A stretch of DNA of 64,000 nucleotides, taken from positions 127,472,001 through 127,536,000 of the forward strand of contig NC_043000.1 in the NCBI RefSeq assembly GCF_006345805.1, in the 5' to 3' direction. This document shows positions 38,411 to 51,566 of the stretch, one piece after another. The position numbers were made by a program, and so were the translations under genes. This DNA is from Octopus sinensis (taxonomy: Eukaryota). The number at the start of each line of letters is the position of its first letter. The first letter of the stretch is position 1. Below the pieces are notes generated by a model. The model made no database searches. It was not told the DNA's origin and worked only from the letters and a program-made list of their open reading frames with translations.

Positions 38411-41229
38411 TTAAACCAAACAATGGATTAAATCTACCATCCAATTTGTTATCAGTTTGCCAACTACCAAGAGTAAAATAACAGATTTGATAATTTGAAG
38501 TCTCTGGATCTCTATAGGGATAACAGTAGAGGTGGTGGTGTCAGTGATGGTGGTAGATGATGTATAGTCCCAAGTCAGTGTTGATTGAGTAGACCTATGG
38601 TCAATGGGGTTCCAAACATGCCAATCCCCACTTATTGTCTATCAAGAACTACATCATTTAATGTGTCCTCTTTTTAAGACAATGGCATGAGATTTTAGTG
38701 GACTTAGCTGCTATTTCTAGCACATCAAATAACCATATAGAGGCCCGGTTTCCCGGGTTCTATGGTGTATGTGTTCCCCAGCTGGACGGGACATTAGTCC
38801 ATCGCAACGTTACTCATTTTTGCCAGCTGAGTGTACTGGAGCAACGTGAAATGAAGTGTTTTGCTCAAGAACACAAAGCATCGCCCGGTCCAGGAATCGA
38901 AACCACAACCTTACGATCATGATGCTGACATCCTAACCACTAAGCCACACGCCTCCACCTGCTCCAGTCTACTCAACTAGAAATGAATATCAGCCAGGTG
39001 TGGGTGTAGCTCGGTGCTCCACAACCTTTTTTCACTTGCAGTACACTTATACTCTTTTCAAAATTTGGCAGCACACATGAACAAAAAATATAACTGAAAG
39101 TATAGAGGTAAAAATTATATTCAGGTTACACTGTGGCACACCTAACATCATCTCATGGCACACCAGTGTGCTGCAGCATACCAGTTGTGGAGCACTGATG
39201 TAACTCATTCTCTCCCTCCAGCAGCCACATCTTCAATGTCTGTTGTGGCAAGGACAGCCAAGACAATATCTGTCTGCTTGCAATTACAAAAGACCCTAAT
39301 AGAATTAGGGAAAGCATAGTACATTATCAAGCCATACTTGCATGTGAGTGATGGATAGCTGCCCTGTATTCTCTGACTGTATTTTCATAACACTTCAGTT
39401 TTATCTCATAAAAGATCTAAGTCAAATCTCAAACTTGTTGAACTAATTCTATAATAGTGTTTCAAGACTATCTAATGAGCACATGTTCAACAATTGGAAA
39501 ATGCCCAGAAATAGCAGTTATCAGTCTATCTGCCTGAATAACCAAACATTAGCCATAAAGAAGAACATGCCCTGAAGAACTGGCTAAGAATGTAGATAAA
39601 GTTGACTTATCTCACACAATGATACACAATGCTTATTTTTTTTATCATAGGTATTCAGATTAGTAACATATTCTGACTAGAATATATCAAGCCAAGAAAG
39701 AAACCTTGATGAAATTGAACATCCACATAGAGGATTAGAACTAGCAGCCAAATCTTCCTCAAACCTCATTCAACATCTTAAAACAGGACACAATAAATTA
39801 TATACCATATTTGATGGTATAAAAAAACACACAGGTATAATTAAATGCACCTCTATGTCAGCAGTGCATATTCAGGAAATAAAGGCTGACCTAAAGCTAC
39901 AGCTGTGTGGTTAAGAAGCTCACTTTACTAATAAGTGGCTCCTAGTTTGATCCCACTGCAGAGCACCTTAGGTGAGTCAACCTTGTGAGATGAAACTCGG
40001 GAGACAGAAAATTGTACTCAAGCTCCATGTTCTTTTGTATGCTGCTTATGTTTCAATTCATTGTGAAAATAATGAAAAATTTAGTAAAAAATACCTTTAT
40101 CATTGAAACGAAGCAGTTTTGATAACACATTGTGTGGTACTTGATGCGTGGTACAGCTTGCACCTGTTCAGGTAACTATAAACAAATCGTTTGTGCAGGT
40201 AATTTGGAAAAACCTGAACACTCAAGCACTATCTGAACATGGTCGATGTCAGTGCCACTTGACTGGCTCCTGTGCCAGTGGCACATAAAAAGCACCCACT
40301 ACACTCTCGGGGTAGTTGGTGTTAGGAAGGGCATCCAGCTGTAGAAACCTTGCCAAATCAGATTGGAGCCTGGTGCAGCCTCCTGGCTTGCCAGTCCTCA
40401 GTCAAACCATTCAACCCATGCCATCATGGAAAACGGATGTTAAACGATGATGATGATGATGTTGACAATCAGGCAGAATAATAAAAGCATCCAAAAGAGA
40501 TGCTTCACAAAATTTTTTCCAGTTTTATATCTTGAGTTCAAATTCCAAGTTCAACTTTGCCTTTCATCCTTTCAGGTCAATAAAATATGGGGGCAATGTA
40601 ACTGACTTGCTCTCTCCCCAAGATTTCAGCTTTTATGCCAATAGTACAAATAATAATTATTTTTACCATTGAGTGAGATTATCATCATTGAGTGCAAGCC
40701 ATCAAAGTGACACTGGGGTACAGATATATGAAGCCCAGTATACCCATCATGACTACCCATCAGATAAGGGTACACCAGGCACATGCATCACAACCACATG
40801 TGCACAACATAGTGATCTCTATCAAGATAAACAGCACATGACCTTGCAGGTGGGACATAGAATTTTCTTAGGTCAAGTAGCCCATCCTGCTCAAAAGGTC
40901 CCTGAATAAGGATTGTTTAAGGATGTTGAACAAAACACCCATGTTTCCAAAGGTGAACTATCCAAACCCAAAAGAATTCCTCTCAACACATGGCTATGAT
41001 GCTCCCCCACTACTTCTCCTCATGATCAGAGATGCGCATATCATCAGCCACTAAGGGACATGGTCAACTGGTTAAGGTCAAACAACTGACAAGCAAATCT
41101 GTGGTATTGAGCAGAATATTTGCTGTAGCCCATCTTTTATACCAAGACAAAACAATGTACATGATATCACTTCCAATCAGTTAAGAGTCACTGCTTGGTA
41201 CTGCATCAGGGCAATTATTATCATTATCA

Positions 41230-41400
41230 TATTGTCTTTGCACAGCTTCTAATGCTGGAGATGTACTACGGTGTCAGCTGTTCACTACCAGTGAACTAAG
41301 GTAACACCCCTTATTTTTCATGCACCATCCGGAGTATTTGAATGATTCCAAGCAGTGCTGTTTTCTACAAGTGCTCCACCCTTATTGTGGCCCCTATTTG
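41230..41400 (-). mobile_element. Third R4/Dong-type 3' end (different subfamily)
   Basis: Minus strand VEHL*KTALLGIIQILRMVHEK*, resembling the LQKxxLLGTxxILRxVL C-terminus of this clade, then 3' UTR and an (AAT)-rich tail. Confidence 0.65.
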
Positions 41401-41478
41401 TTCCCTGTACTTGCTCCACCCTTATTGCAGCCCCTATTTGTTTTTTGCTTTTTTTTGTGTTTATTATTATTATTATTT

Positions 41479-41566
41479 TATGTTTGACTTTTGCTTTGCA
41501 TTTGTACAAGTTGGCTCCAAGTCTCACCCAAAAACCTCAAGAGACAACAAGTTAGAAGTTTATGTT
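41479..41566 (-). mobile_element. Second, very short 3' UTR copy of the same R4/Dong-type element
   Basis: Closely similar to 41764-41850 (tatgtttgacttttgct...tccaagtctcaccca...ctcaagagacaaca); ends in (AAT)n. Confidence 0.85.
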
Positions 41567-41763
41567 ATCATTATTATTATTATAAGTTCATGTTGTTATT
41601 ATTATTATAAGTTCATGTTGTTATTATTATAAGTTCATGTTATCATTATTATTATCATAAGTTCATGTTATCATTATTATCATTATTTTACTATTATTAT
41701 TATCATTATTATTATTTTACTATTATTATTATCATTATTATTATTTTACTATTATTATTATTC

Positions 41764-42355
41764 TATGTTTGACTTTTGCTTTATATTTGTACAAGTTGGC
41801 TCCAAGTCTCACCCAGAGACCTCAAGAGACAACAGGGTTGGAAGTTCATGTTGTTGTTATGCCTAGTGTGCCATATATTTGGGGGGTGGGGATGTTGTAC
41901 TAATGAATGTCTAAAAAAAAAAAAGTTTTTTTTTTTTTTTTTTTTAAACCGAAAATTATGGTTGTTTTAAACCTTGAGGTTACATAGAGAGTATTTTGCG
42001 TAGGATATGAGCAGTTCCCATGAGCACTATCTTTTGAACTTCTGCCATTTTTGGGTTTCCTGGTATCTGAGTTAGGTAGCTATCAGCCCCTTTTGCTATC
42101 ATTCCCAGGGCACCTATGACAACAGGTATTGTTTTAGTCTTCAGCTTCCACATTTTGCTGATTTCTATTTCAAGATCTTTATATTTGCTCAGTTTTTGGT
42201 AGGTCCTGACAGATACGTTTATATCGATTGGGACAGTCATATCAATGAGGAGGCATGTTCTTTGTTTGAAGTCTTTCAATATGATGTCTGGCCTATTTGC
42301 ATCTATCTTCCTGTCAGTTTGAATGGTGAAGTTCCAGAGGAGTGAGATGTGGTCA
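41764..42355 (-). mobile_element. 5'-truncated R4/Dong-type non-LTR retrotransposon (restriction-like endonuclease end plus 3' UTR)
   Basis: LLWNFTIQTDRKIDANRPDIILKDFKQRTCLLIDMTVP...KLSKY...IPVVIGALG...QKIVLMGTAHILRKILSM* (PD-(D/E)xK); flanked by (AAT)n on both sides. Confidence 0.88.
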
Positions 42356-42364
42356 TTATTATTA

Positions 42365-42403
<39 letters not shown>

Positions 42404-42495
42404 TATTATTATTATTATGGTGATACCACTCAGATGAAAACAACAATATTAACATTACAAGCATACAAAATATATAATGTTCAGTAACAACTTAC

Positions 42496-42591
42496 CAGTT
42501 TTTCCCCAGTGAGAACTTCAAGTAAAGAAAGTAATACCAATCCATTCTTGATGTCAGAGAACAGATCTTCAACTTTTATGGGTGGATCATG
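42496..42591 (-). CDS. SYNE1: SYNE1 homolog CH1 exon: HDPPIKVEDLFSDIKNGLVLLSLLEVLTGEKL
   Basis: tattttcag|CATGAT...GAAAAACTG|gtaagt; 96 bp, phase 0-0; classic CH1 motif DLFxDxxxGxxLLxLLEVL. Confidence 0.97.
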
Positions 42592-43225
42592 CTGAAAATA
42601 GTGTAAGAATCAAAATCAATTTTTATTTCAAGGAATTCATCTCCACCTTTCTTTTATCACTCACTATATTTGCCTGCAACCCAATTCTAACCATTTGTTG
42701 CTCTCTCCTCACACCACTTTCTTGAATCTTGAGATGCTCAGGCATTTAGTTACCACCATCTCTATCTTCTTTCCAGTTACTCCCATTTCACCCTTATATA
42801 ATGTAGGGTAGCTATGTACCTCCTCTATAGCGAGATACATGTGCTTGTCTCTCTCGTACTTTTCATCCCTTCAACACCTGACATACAACCACCTCATCTC
42901 CTCTCAAAACCCGCATCCCACTTTGTCAAGGGTACTCTTTTTTTTTCTTCATCTTTCTTGTCTTGCAAGTTACCTGGCAACTTCACTAGTGCAGGTGCCA
43001 CATAAAAAGTACCCAGTACATGTGGCAAAGTAGTTGGCACTAACAAGGACATCCAGCCATTAAAACCATGCTAAAGCAGGTGCTGGATCGATGCAGCCCA
43101 ATGGCTTGCTGGCTCCTCAAACTGTACAACCCAATATCAGCATGGAAAACAGGTATTAAATAATGATGATAATGATGATGATGACGATGATGATTAGACA
43201 ACAACTGTTGAGCCTCACAATAACA

Positions 43226-43532
43226 GTTGTTGTTTGTTCCTTCTCAAGCCATGCTTGGCTTATAGGGCTGGTTTCCCGGTTTTCTTGGCGTATAGGTTCC
43301 CCACCTGGACGGGACGCCGGTCCATCTCAGGTGAGCTGCAAGATGCAGGAGGAAAGAGTGAAAGAAAGTTGTAGCGAAAAAGTCAGCAGAAGTTCACCTC
43401 ATTACCTTCTGCCGGAGCCGCATGGAGCTTAGATGTTTCGCTCATAAACACACACATCGCCCGGTCTGAGATTCGAACCCACGATCCCTTGACCACGAGT
43501 TCACTGCTCTAACCACTAGGCCATGTGCCTCC
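43226..43532 (-). mobile_element. SINE family D copy (partial copy also at 47334-47495 +)
   Basis: Reverse complement of 22711-23016 along its length. Confidence 0.9.
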
Positions 43533-44315
43533 ACCACAATAACAGTACATGTGACCAATGAAACCATTTTACTGTAATTCCAACAACTTACTCAGAAAAG
43601 GCAACAGCAGTAAATGAAACACCTCCTTCAGAAAGTACATTCAATTTTTTTTTTTCTTCTTTTACCCTATTTTACTTGTTTCCATCATTGGACTGCAGCC
43701 ATGCAAGAACACCACCTTGAGGAGTTTTAGTCCACCAAATCCACCCCAGTGCATTTTTTTTTAAGCTGGTACTTATTCAGTCTGTCAGTCTCCTTTGGTG
43801 AAGTGTTAAGTTACAGGGATATAAACAAACTGACACCTGTTGTCAAGTGTTAGGGGACATCAAACAGGTACAAACACCCACACACACTTACCAACCATGT
43901 GATTTCTGGTTCAGTCCTACAGCAGGGCACTTTGGGCAAGTGTCTTCTGGTAGAGTCCCTGACAGACTGAAACCTTGGGAGAGGATTTGATAGTTGGAAA
44001 CTGGAAGTTCCTTGTGTGCGTGTATGTGTGTGTGTGTTCGTGCAAGCATGTGTGTGTTTGTGCAAGCATGGGTGTGCCCATATATGGAGATCTCACAATA
44101 GTTGTAAATGAGCATCACCATCATCTAAGTAGCATTGTTTATTCCCAACCTTCAGTGAGAAACATGTTGGCCATGAGAAAATATTACCTTGCTCTACATA
44201 TATTTACATATTTTTAATAGTGTGTAATTCGATGAACATATGTGTGTGTGTATAAATAGGTACATATAATATATATATATATACAAACACATATATATAC
44301 ATACATACATATATA

Positions 44316-44365
<50 letters not shown>

Positions 44366-44375
44366 CATATATATA

Positions 44376-44625
44376 TGAATACCATCCATCAGGCATTTGC
44401 CATATTCTGAACGCTTTACTTCCCTGGGCATGGATACATTGAAACTCCGACGTCTGGCAGCTGACTTGGCAGACACCCATAAAATTATTAACCATCTTAC
44501 AAACAATAACTCTGAGCACCTTTTCAAACTCCACCTATCTAACACCCGTGGACATGTTTACAAAGTCAGAAAACAGCACAGCTCCCATGACTTTCAGAAA
44601 CATTTTTTCACGCTAAGAGTTGCTT
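44376..44625 (+). mobile_element. CR1-type LINE ORF2 3' fragment
   Basis: PYSERFTSLGMDTLKLRRLAADL...KIINHL...NTRGHVYKVRKQHS...HFFTLRV, the typical CR1 C-terminus; preceded by (TA)n. Confidence 0.85.
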
Positions 44626-44739
44626 ATGGAATTTGAACTCAGAGAGGAAAGAATCAGAATAAATACTACAAGGCATTCTACCTAACATTATAATGTCTCA
44701 GTCAAGTCACCACCTTATCTTTATTTTGTTTTTTATGTG

Positions 44740-45110
44740 TGTGGGATGGATGGACAAACAGAGAGACATTAACATAAAGCTGAAGATCAGTGAAAAAGAG
44801 AATAGCTACACTGAACTATTGAGAAACCTGCAGTTACTCTATCCAGATTACAAGTTCAGGTTTATACCTGTAATTATTGGGGCACTAGGATATGTAACAC
44901 ACTGCCTAAATACCAATTTTGAGAAATTAGGCTTCTCAAAACCAGAAAGGAGAAAGTTCACTCAAAGAATACAGATCCAATCCATCACTGGAACTGAAAA
45001 AATCTGTAAAACTTTCCAGAGGTTTATCATTTAAGTATATATGATAATGACTAGATATGCAAGTATATGCATGAGAAGACATACATAAAACAAAACATAC
45101 AAATCAGCAC
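44740..45110 (+). mobile_element. 3' end of another restriction-endonuclease-type non-LTR retrotransposon
   Basis: DINIKLKISEKENSYTELLRNLQLLYPDYKFRFIPVIIGALGYV...SITGTEKICKTFQRFII*. Confidence 0.8.
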
Positions 45111-45949
45111 ATATACATCATCATCATCATTTAATGTTGGCTTTCCATGCTAGCATGGATTGAACGATTTGACTGAGGGCTGGCGAACCAGATGGCTGCA
45201 CCAGACTCCAGTCTTAATCTACAGCTGGATGCCTTTCATAATGCCAACCACTCCGAGAGTGTAGTGGGTGCTTTTACGTGCCACTGGCATGAGGGCCAGT
45301 CTGGCGGTACTGGCATTTTTTACATGCCACCTGCACAGGAATGAGTCCGGCGGCACAGGCATGAGTCCTCGCTCAAATGTTTTGTTCATGTGCCAGTAAG
45401 GCGACGCTGGTACTGATCACGCTCAAATGGTGCTTTTTACATGCCAACAGCATGGAAACCAGACAGCTGCTCTGGCAGTGATCCCGCTCAGATGGAGCTG
45501 TTAGCGCTCCACTGGCACGAGTGCCAGTCATCAAATTTGGTTACAACTTCAACAACATGCATACATGCATGTTGTTGATGTTGAAATTCCAATGAAGGAA
45601 CCTTGGATCTAGGTTAGAAACTGGCTCTTTCTCTATTGGCAAGAAATCTTGAAATAAAACTGAACAATGACATGCATAGATGCAAACAAGTATGTGCATG
45701 TGTGTGGGGATGTGTTTGTCTTCTTGTTTTAACATCACATGTTTGTAAACAAGCAACAACACTGTACAAGCAGAGTCCTTTGTTTCCAATCTATATATAT
45801 AAAGCTGAAGTTGTCTGTGTGTGACAAGTTTGGTAGCCTTCAACTAACACTATCTCCTCCGAGACCCTGTGGCGCAAGTTGACCAAAATTGAGAGTATGA
45901 TAGAAGAAGGCTTGCTCTTCCTTCCGTAGAAGATAAAATTCAAATCAGA

Positions 45950-46180
45950 CCATGTTAACACCAAAAATTATTTACATCAAAAAGGTGCTTTTTTTTCTAT
46001 GAAAATCCCTATTTTTTACGATTTTTTTACTGCTGTGTCGCCATTTTTCGGTGTATTTCAACCAGAAAAATGTTCACTTGAAGAAAATAACAAGCTACAT
46101 AATGCAAATTTTTTACTTTTCAAAAATTCCAATTCTAAAGGGTCAAAACAAACCCGAGCAATGCCAGGCAATAGTACTAA
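45950..46180 (+). mobile_element. Probable non-autonomous Helitron 3' end
   Basis: Degenerate GC hairpin acccgagcaatgccagg about 10 nt upstream of CTAA|T (fits CTRR|T); 5' end undefined. Confidence 0.45.
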
Positions 46181-47009
46181 TCTTCTATAAAACCATATCT
46201 GGCCATAGGGAAATAACAACCTTGCTTGGAAACGGGTGAAGGCTGGCAACAAGAAGGATGTCCAGCCATAGAATAATCTGTCTCAATGAAAGTAAAGTTA
46301 GAAATGATGAGGATGATGATGACAATAATGGCCTTGTACATTGTTTCTAAATATCAAACCAACTGCCTTTGTGTCATGGATCTACATGCGCAGGCTGACT
46401 AAGTGTTATTCAACAAAAACAGCAACTACTACTACTACTACTACAACTATCTCTACCACCACTACTATTACTACTACTGCCATCACCACCACCATCACTA
46501 CCACAATGACAAAAATAACTCCTACAACCAACACCACCACAACTTCTACTATTACCATCACCACAACTACTACTACTACCAAAACCACCACTGCCACCAC
46601 CACAACTACAATTACCATTACTACTGACAACAACCAATCATGTTCTGCAACTTATACACTATAAGGTAAATTTTGTGTAACTGCATTTTCACTGTTTTGT
46701 GCTGGCTGAGCAAGAGAGAGATAATGTTGTTTATTGTGGTATTTAAACCTGCAACCTTTGCATGACAATCTCCATAGTGATAATGTCATTGAGAAAAGCA
46801 AAACAAACATCAATATTATTGGCATGTACTGGTCTCCATTGTAATGTTGAGATTGTCATTAATTTTAAAACCTGTCTATACGTTATGCACATTATGCACA
46901 AACACATGTGTGTGCACACACACACACGTGTGTGTGTAAGGAACAAATGGCTGGCATAAACTGCATGTTGTGTTTATTCCGTCATATAAGAGTGTGTGTG
47001 TGTATGTAC

Positions 47010-47049
<40 letters not shown>

Positions 47050-47989
47050 TGTATGTATACGTATAAATACATACATTCCCTTCCTGTCATTTCAATATGT
47101 GACCGTGTGTGTATTGTCGGCTATTTTCTTTCTCCGTCTTCCCTTCCTTGGACCTTTCCTTTTTCTATGTTTCTAATGAAGAGCTCCGCTCAAGACGTTA
47201 AATCCTCATTTTTTCCTTTCCTTTCCTGAGCGTCCAATAACACTATACTTGTTCCATGTCCTTGTATTGTTGTGTTTTCTCTTTGTTCATGTTTGGATTA
47301 ACTATATATATATGTGTATGTGTGTCTGTGTGTGGAGGCACATGGCCTAGTGGTTAGAGCAGCAGACTCACGGTCGAGGGATCGCGGGTTCAAATCTCAG
47401 ACAGGGCAATGTATATATTTATGAGTGAAACCCCTCAGCTCCACGCGGCTCCGGCAGAAGGTAATGGCGAACTTCTGCTGACTCTTTTGCCACAACATGC
47501 ACACACACACACACACAGGCATGAACACACGCCCACACATGCACACACACAGAAATAGCTGCAGTTTCAATGGCGTCATACTTTCCCAAACACTCTGATG
47601 AAATATAAACCCTCAGTTATGAAAACAGAATATCAGTAACTGTCACTCCCTGGTTGAGTTCACCTGGCCCACTGCTGCTGTGACCACCATCATAAATGGA
47701 AATTACTGAGTAATGGTCAAACGACTAAAAATAGCACACAAATCTCTCTTAAAATCACATCCAATTGTTTTAAACAAGGAAGTACATATTGGGTAACATA
47801 ATCCAAGATAGACTACGCCTGAGCAAAGATGGGATGGTCGTGATGAAACATTATCAACATAAGGTCAGCATGACTCTAGTGGACCTCAGGATCAATAACA
47901 ACAGGAATACAAAAATAGATTAGATAATAACTGTGGCCACCCGACCATGCTACACTCCATACCATTCATGTGTCAAATTGTCATGCTAT

Positions 47990-48350
47990 TCACACCATTT
48001 ATTTGTCACCCTGTGTTCAATCCCTCAGTTACACACTCTCACTGCGTACATATCACTCATGTGACATGCTACCACACAGCATTCGTATCATTCATCTATC
48101 ATGCTATTATATTGCAACTCATATCAGTCAGTTTCTATAGTCACATTGCATTCATACCATTCATCTGTCATCATCATACTGCATTCATACCACTCATCTG
48201 TCGTACTGTCACACTGAATTTATACTGTTCATCTGTCACTGTTACACTACATTCATATCATTCATCTGTCACTATTATACTACATTCATACCATTCATCT
48301 GTCACTATCATACTACATTCGTACCACTCACTGGTCACTTTGTCATACTG
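47990..48350 (+). repeat. Degenerate ~30-33-bp minisatellite (cattcatctgtcactat.atactacattcatac) just 3' of the first CH1 exon
   Basis: Recurrent cattcatctgtca motif. Confidence 0.8.
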
Positions 48351-48421
48351 TATCCATACCAACCTTGCTTAACGAAGCAGTGTAAAGATTGTATTTTTTG
48401 AAGAGTAAAATAAGATTATAC

Positions 48422-48483
48422 CTGGCATAAATATGTATTCATCCAGTTGGTAAATGTCTTCTTTTGGACTCTTTCTTGTTCAT
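48422..48483 (-). CDS. SYNE1: Nesprin-1/SYNE1 homolog, exon encoding the start of CH1: (D)EQERVQKKTFTNWMNTYLCQ
   Basis: Minus strand tttttcatttcag|ATGAACAAGAAAGAGTCCAAAAG...TTATGCCAG|gtataa; 62 bp, phase 1 to 0. Matches the EQExVQKxTFTxW CH1 start of nesprins. Not in the ORF track. Confidence 0.95.
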
Positions 48484-48982
48484 CTGAAATGAAAAATAAT
48501 TATATATTTAATTCCATGTTTGTTTTTTTTTTGTTGAAACAATAACAACGACAACAACAACAACAACAACAGCAGCAGCAGCAGCCGTTCAAGAATTTGG
48601 ACCTGGAGATCTCCATTTCCAGCGACTTCGAGGGCCACCTCCCAGTGGCATCAGGCGTCAATGAAAAGCCCTCGACTACAACAAGACGACCAAAATTTTT
48701 TTTTCCCAAGGTCTGGGGCCCCTAAGCCCTAGACCATCACCTAATCACTCTAAGCTGTCTTGTTGCTTAACAACAACAACAACAGCAGCAACAGCAACAA
48801 CAACAATCATTGTTTTTACTATGAGCACAAGGTCTGAAATTTGGGGGAGGGGACTAGTCGATTACATCAACCCCAGTATTTCACTGGAACTTAATTTATC
48901 AACCCTGAAAGGATGAAAGGCAAAGTTAACTGCAGCAGAATTTGAACTCAGAACATAAGGACAGACTTGCCCGGTGTGCTAA

Positions 48983-49284
48983 CGGTTGTTGTTGTTGTTG
49001 TGGTGGTGGTGGTGGTGGTGGTGGTGGTGGTGGTAGTAATGGTGGTAGTGGTGGTAGTGGTGGTGGTGGTTGTGGAGGTTGGTGGTGGTGGTGGTGGTGA
49101 TGGATTGATGGTTGTGGTTGTGGTGGTTGTTGTTGTGGTGATGGTAGTGGTTGCAGTTGTTGTGGTATTGACAATAACGACAACAATGACTGTGATGATG
49201 ATGATAGTACAGTTATAGTTATAATGTCGCCGGTGATGATGGCAGTAGTATTGATAAAAACAAAGATTACAGCAATAATGTTAC

Positions 49285-49324
<40 letters not shown>

Positions 49325-49490
49325 TGGTGGGGTAATATTGCTGGTGAAGACAATGACAAAGATGATTGCAGCAACGATGATGGTGGTGGTGGTGATTCTG
49401 ATGACAGTGGTGGTGGTAGTGTTTGTGGTGTTGGCTGTGGTGCTGGTAATGATTACAGCAGACATAATGATGTTGATGATGCCCTCAAAG
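48983..49490. repeat. Compound trinucleotide microsatellite (GTT/GGT/GAT)
   Basis: Direct inspection; similar tracts at 8390-8560, 17080-17290, 33470-33680, 46420-46640. Confidence 0.95.
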
Positions 49491-50246
49491 TATTCAAAAA
49501 AAAAAACTAACAACAATTAAATATACCATAGAAATCCTTAAAATGTAAAAGAAAAACTGAAATATGTCAATTTTTAAAATTGATTTGCAAATTGTAAATT
49601 AAAATAAAATGAACAATTCTGTCTGTTTCTTCACATTAATTTTCTTCATATTTCATAAATTCTTCCATTCTTCCACTAACTGCTCATTTTACAAGGATTT
49701 TCTTACAAATACACTCTTTGACTGAGCACTGATGACAACAACAATGTTGTGAACATCATCATTATCATTGTTACCACTCCCATCACCCTCATCAACAACA
49801 CCATCACTACCTTCTTTTAATGTCCATCTTCCATGCAGGTACAGGTTGGACAGTTTGGCAGGATCTGATGAGGAGAACTGTATCCTGCTTTAATGTCTGC
49901 TTTGGCATGGTTTCTACTGCTGGATGCCATTCCTAACACCAACTGCTTTTCAGAGTAGACTATGTTTTCCTTTGTGGCACCAGCACTAGTGAGGTGGCCA
50001 TATACATTGCAAGACTAAGATTCTCTTTGACTAAGTAGAGAGAAGTGGTGAGGGAGCTTTAGGCGAGGTGAAGAAAGGTTAAAGTATGAAGGAAGAAGCT
50101 AGAAGTTACTAGCTGCAGAGGAAATATATGACTGTTCATGTTATGCAAGAGTTGGTAGGAGTGGAGCTGGAAAGGGAGACACACATGGTTTAAAGGGACA
50201 AAAAAACCCTATTGAGTTTATATTATTATCTAAATTGTTGATTTAT

Positions 50247-50468
50247 ATATGATTTACTTTTTACTCTTTTACTTGTTTCAGTCATGTGACTGTAGCCATG
50301 CTGGAGCACCACCTTTAGTTGAGCAAATCGACCCCAGAACTTATTCTTTGTAAGCCTAGTACTTATTCTATCGCTCACTTTTGCCGAACCGCTAAGTTAC
50401 GGGGACGTAAACACACCAGCATCAGTTGTTAAGCGATGTTGGGACGACAAACACAAACACACAAACAT

Positions 50469-50499
<31 letters not shown>

Positions 50500-50908
50500 C
50501 ATATATACGATGGACTTCTTTCAGTTTCTGTCTACCAAATCCACTCACAAAGCTTTGGTCGGCCTGAGGCTATAGTACAAGACACTTGCCCAAGGTGCCA
50601 CGTAATGGGACTGAACCCGGGACCATGTGGTTGTAAGCAAGCTACTTACCACACAGCCACTCCTACACCTATTTATTTTTAATTTAATATGATTTACTTT
50701 TTACTCTTTTACTTGTTTCAGTCATGTGACTGTAGCCATGCTGGAGCACCACCTTTAGTTGAGCAAATCGACCCCAGAACTTATTCTTTGTAAGCCTAGT
50801 ACTTATTCTATCGCTCACTTTTGCCGAACCGCTAAGTTACGGGGACGTAAACACACCAGCATCAGTTGTTAAGCGATGTTGGGACGACAAACACAAACAC
50901 ACAAACAT

Positions 50909-50939
<31 letters not shown>

Positions 50940-51326
50940 CATATATACGATGGACTTCTTTCAGTTTCTGTCTACCAAATCCACTCACAAAGCTTTGGTC
51001 GGCCTGAGGCTATAGTACAAGACACTTGCCCAAGGTGCCACGTAATGGGACTGAACCCGGGACCATGTGGTTTGTAAGCAAGCTACTTACCACACAGCCA
51101 CTCCTACACCTATTTATTTTTAATTTAATATGATTTACTTTTTACTCTTTTACTTGTTTCAGTCATGTGACTGTGGCCATGCTGGAGCACCGCCTTTAGT
51201 TGAGCAAATCGACCCCAGAACTTATTCTTTGTAAACCTAGTACTTATTCTATCGCTCACTTTTGCTGAACCGTAAACACACCAGCATCAGTTGTTAAGCG
51301 ATGTTGGGGGGACAAACACAAACACA

Positions 51327-51382
<56 letters not shown>

Positions 51383-51566
51383 CATATATAAGACAGACTT
51401 CTTTCAGTTTCTGTCCACCAAATCCACTCACAAAGCTTTGGTCGGCCTGAGGCTATAGTACAAGACACTTGCCCAAGGTACCACTCAATGGGACTGAACC
51501 CGGAACCATGTGGTTTGTAAGCAACCTACTTACCACACAGTCACTCCTACACCTATTTATTTTTAA
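50247..51566 (-). repeat. Head-to-tail triplication of a ~440-bp unit containing a family B SINE plus flank
   Basis: gatttacttt anchor recurs at 50251, 50691 and 51132; copies 1 and 2 are almost identical. Confidence 0.95.
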
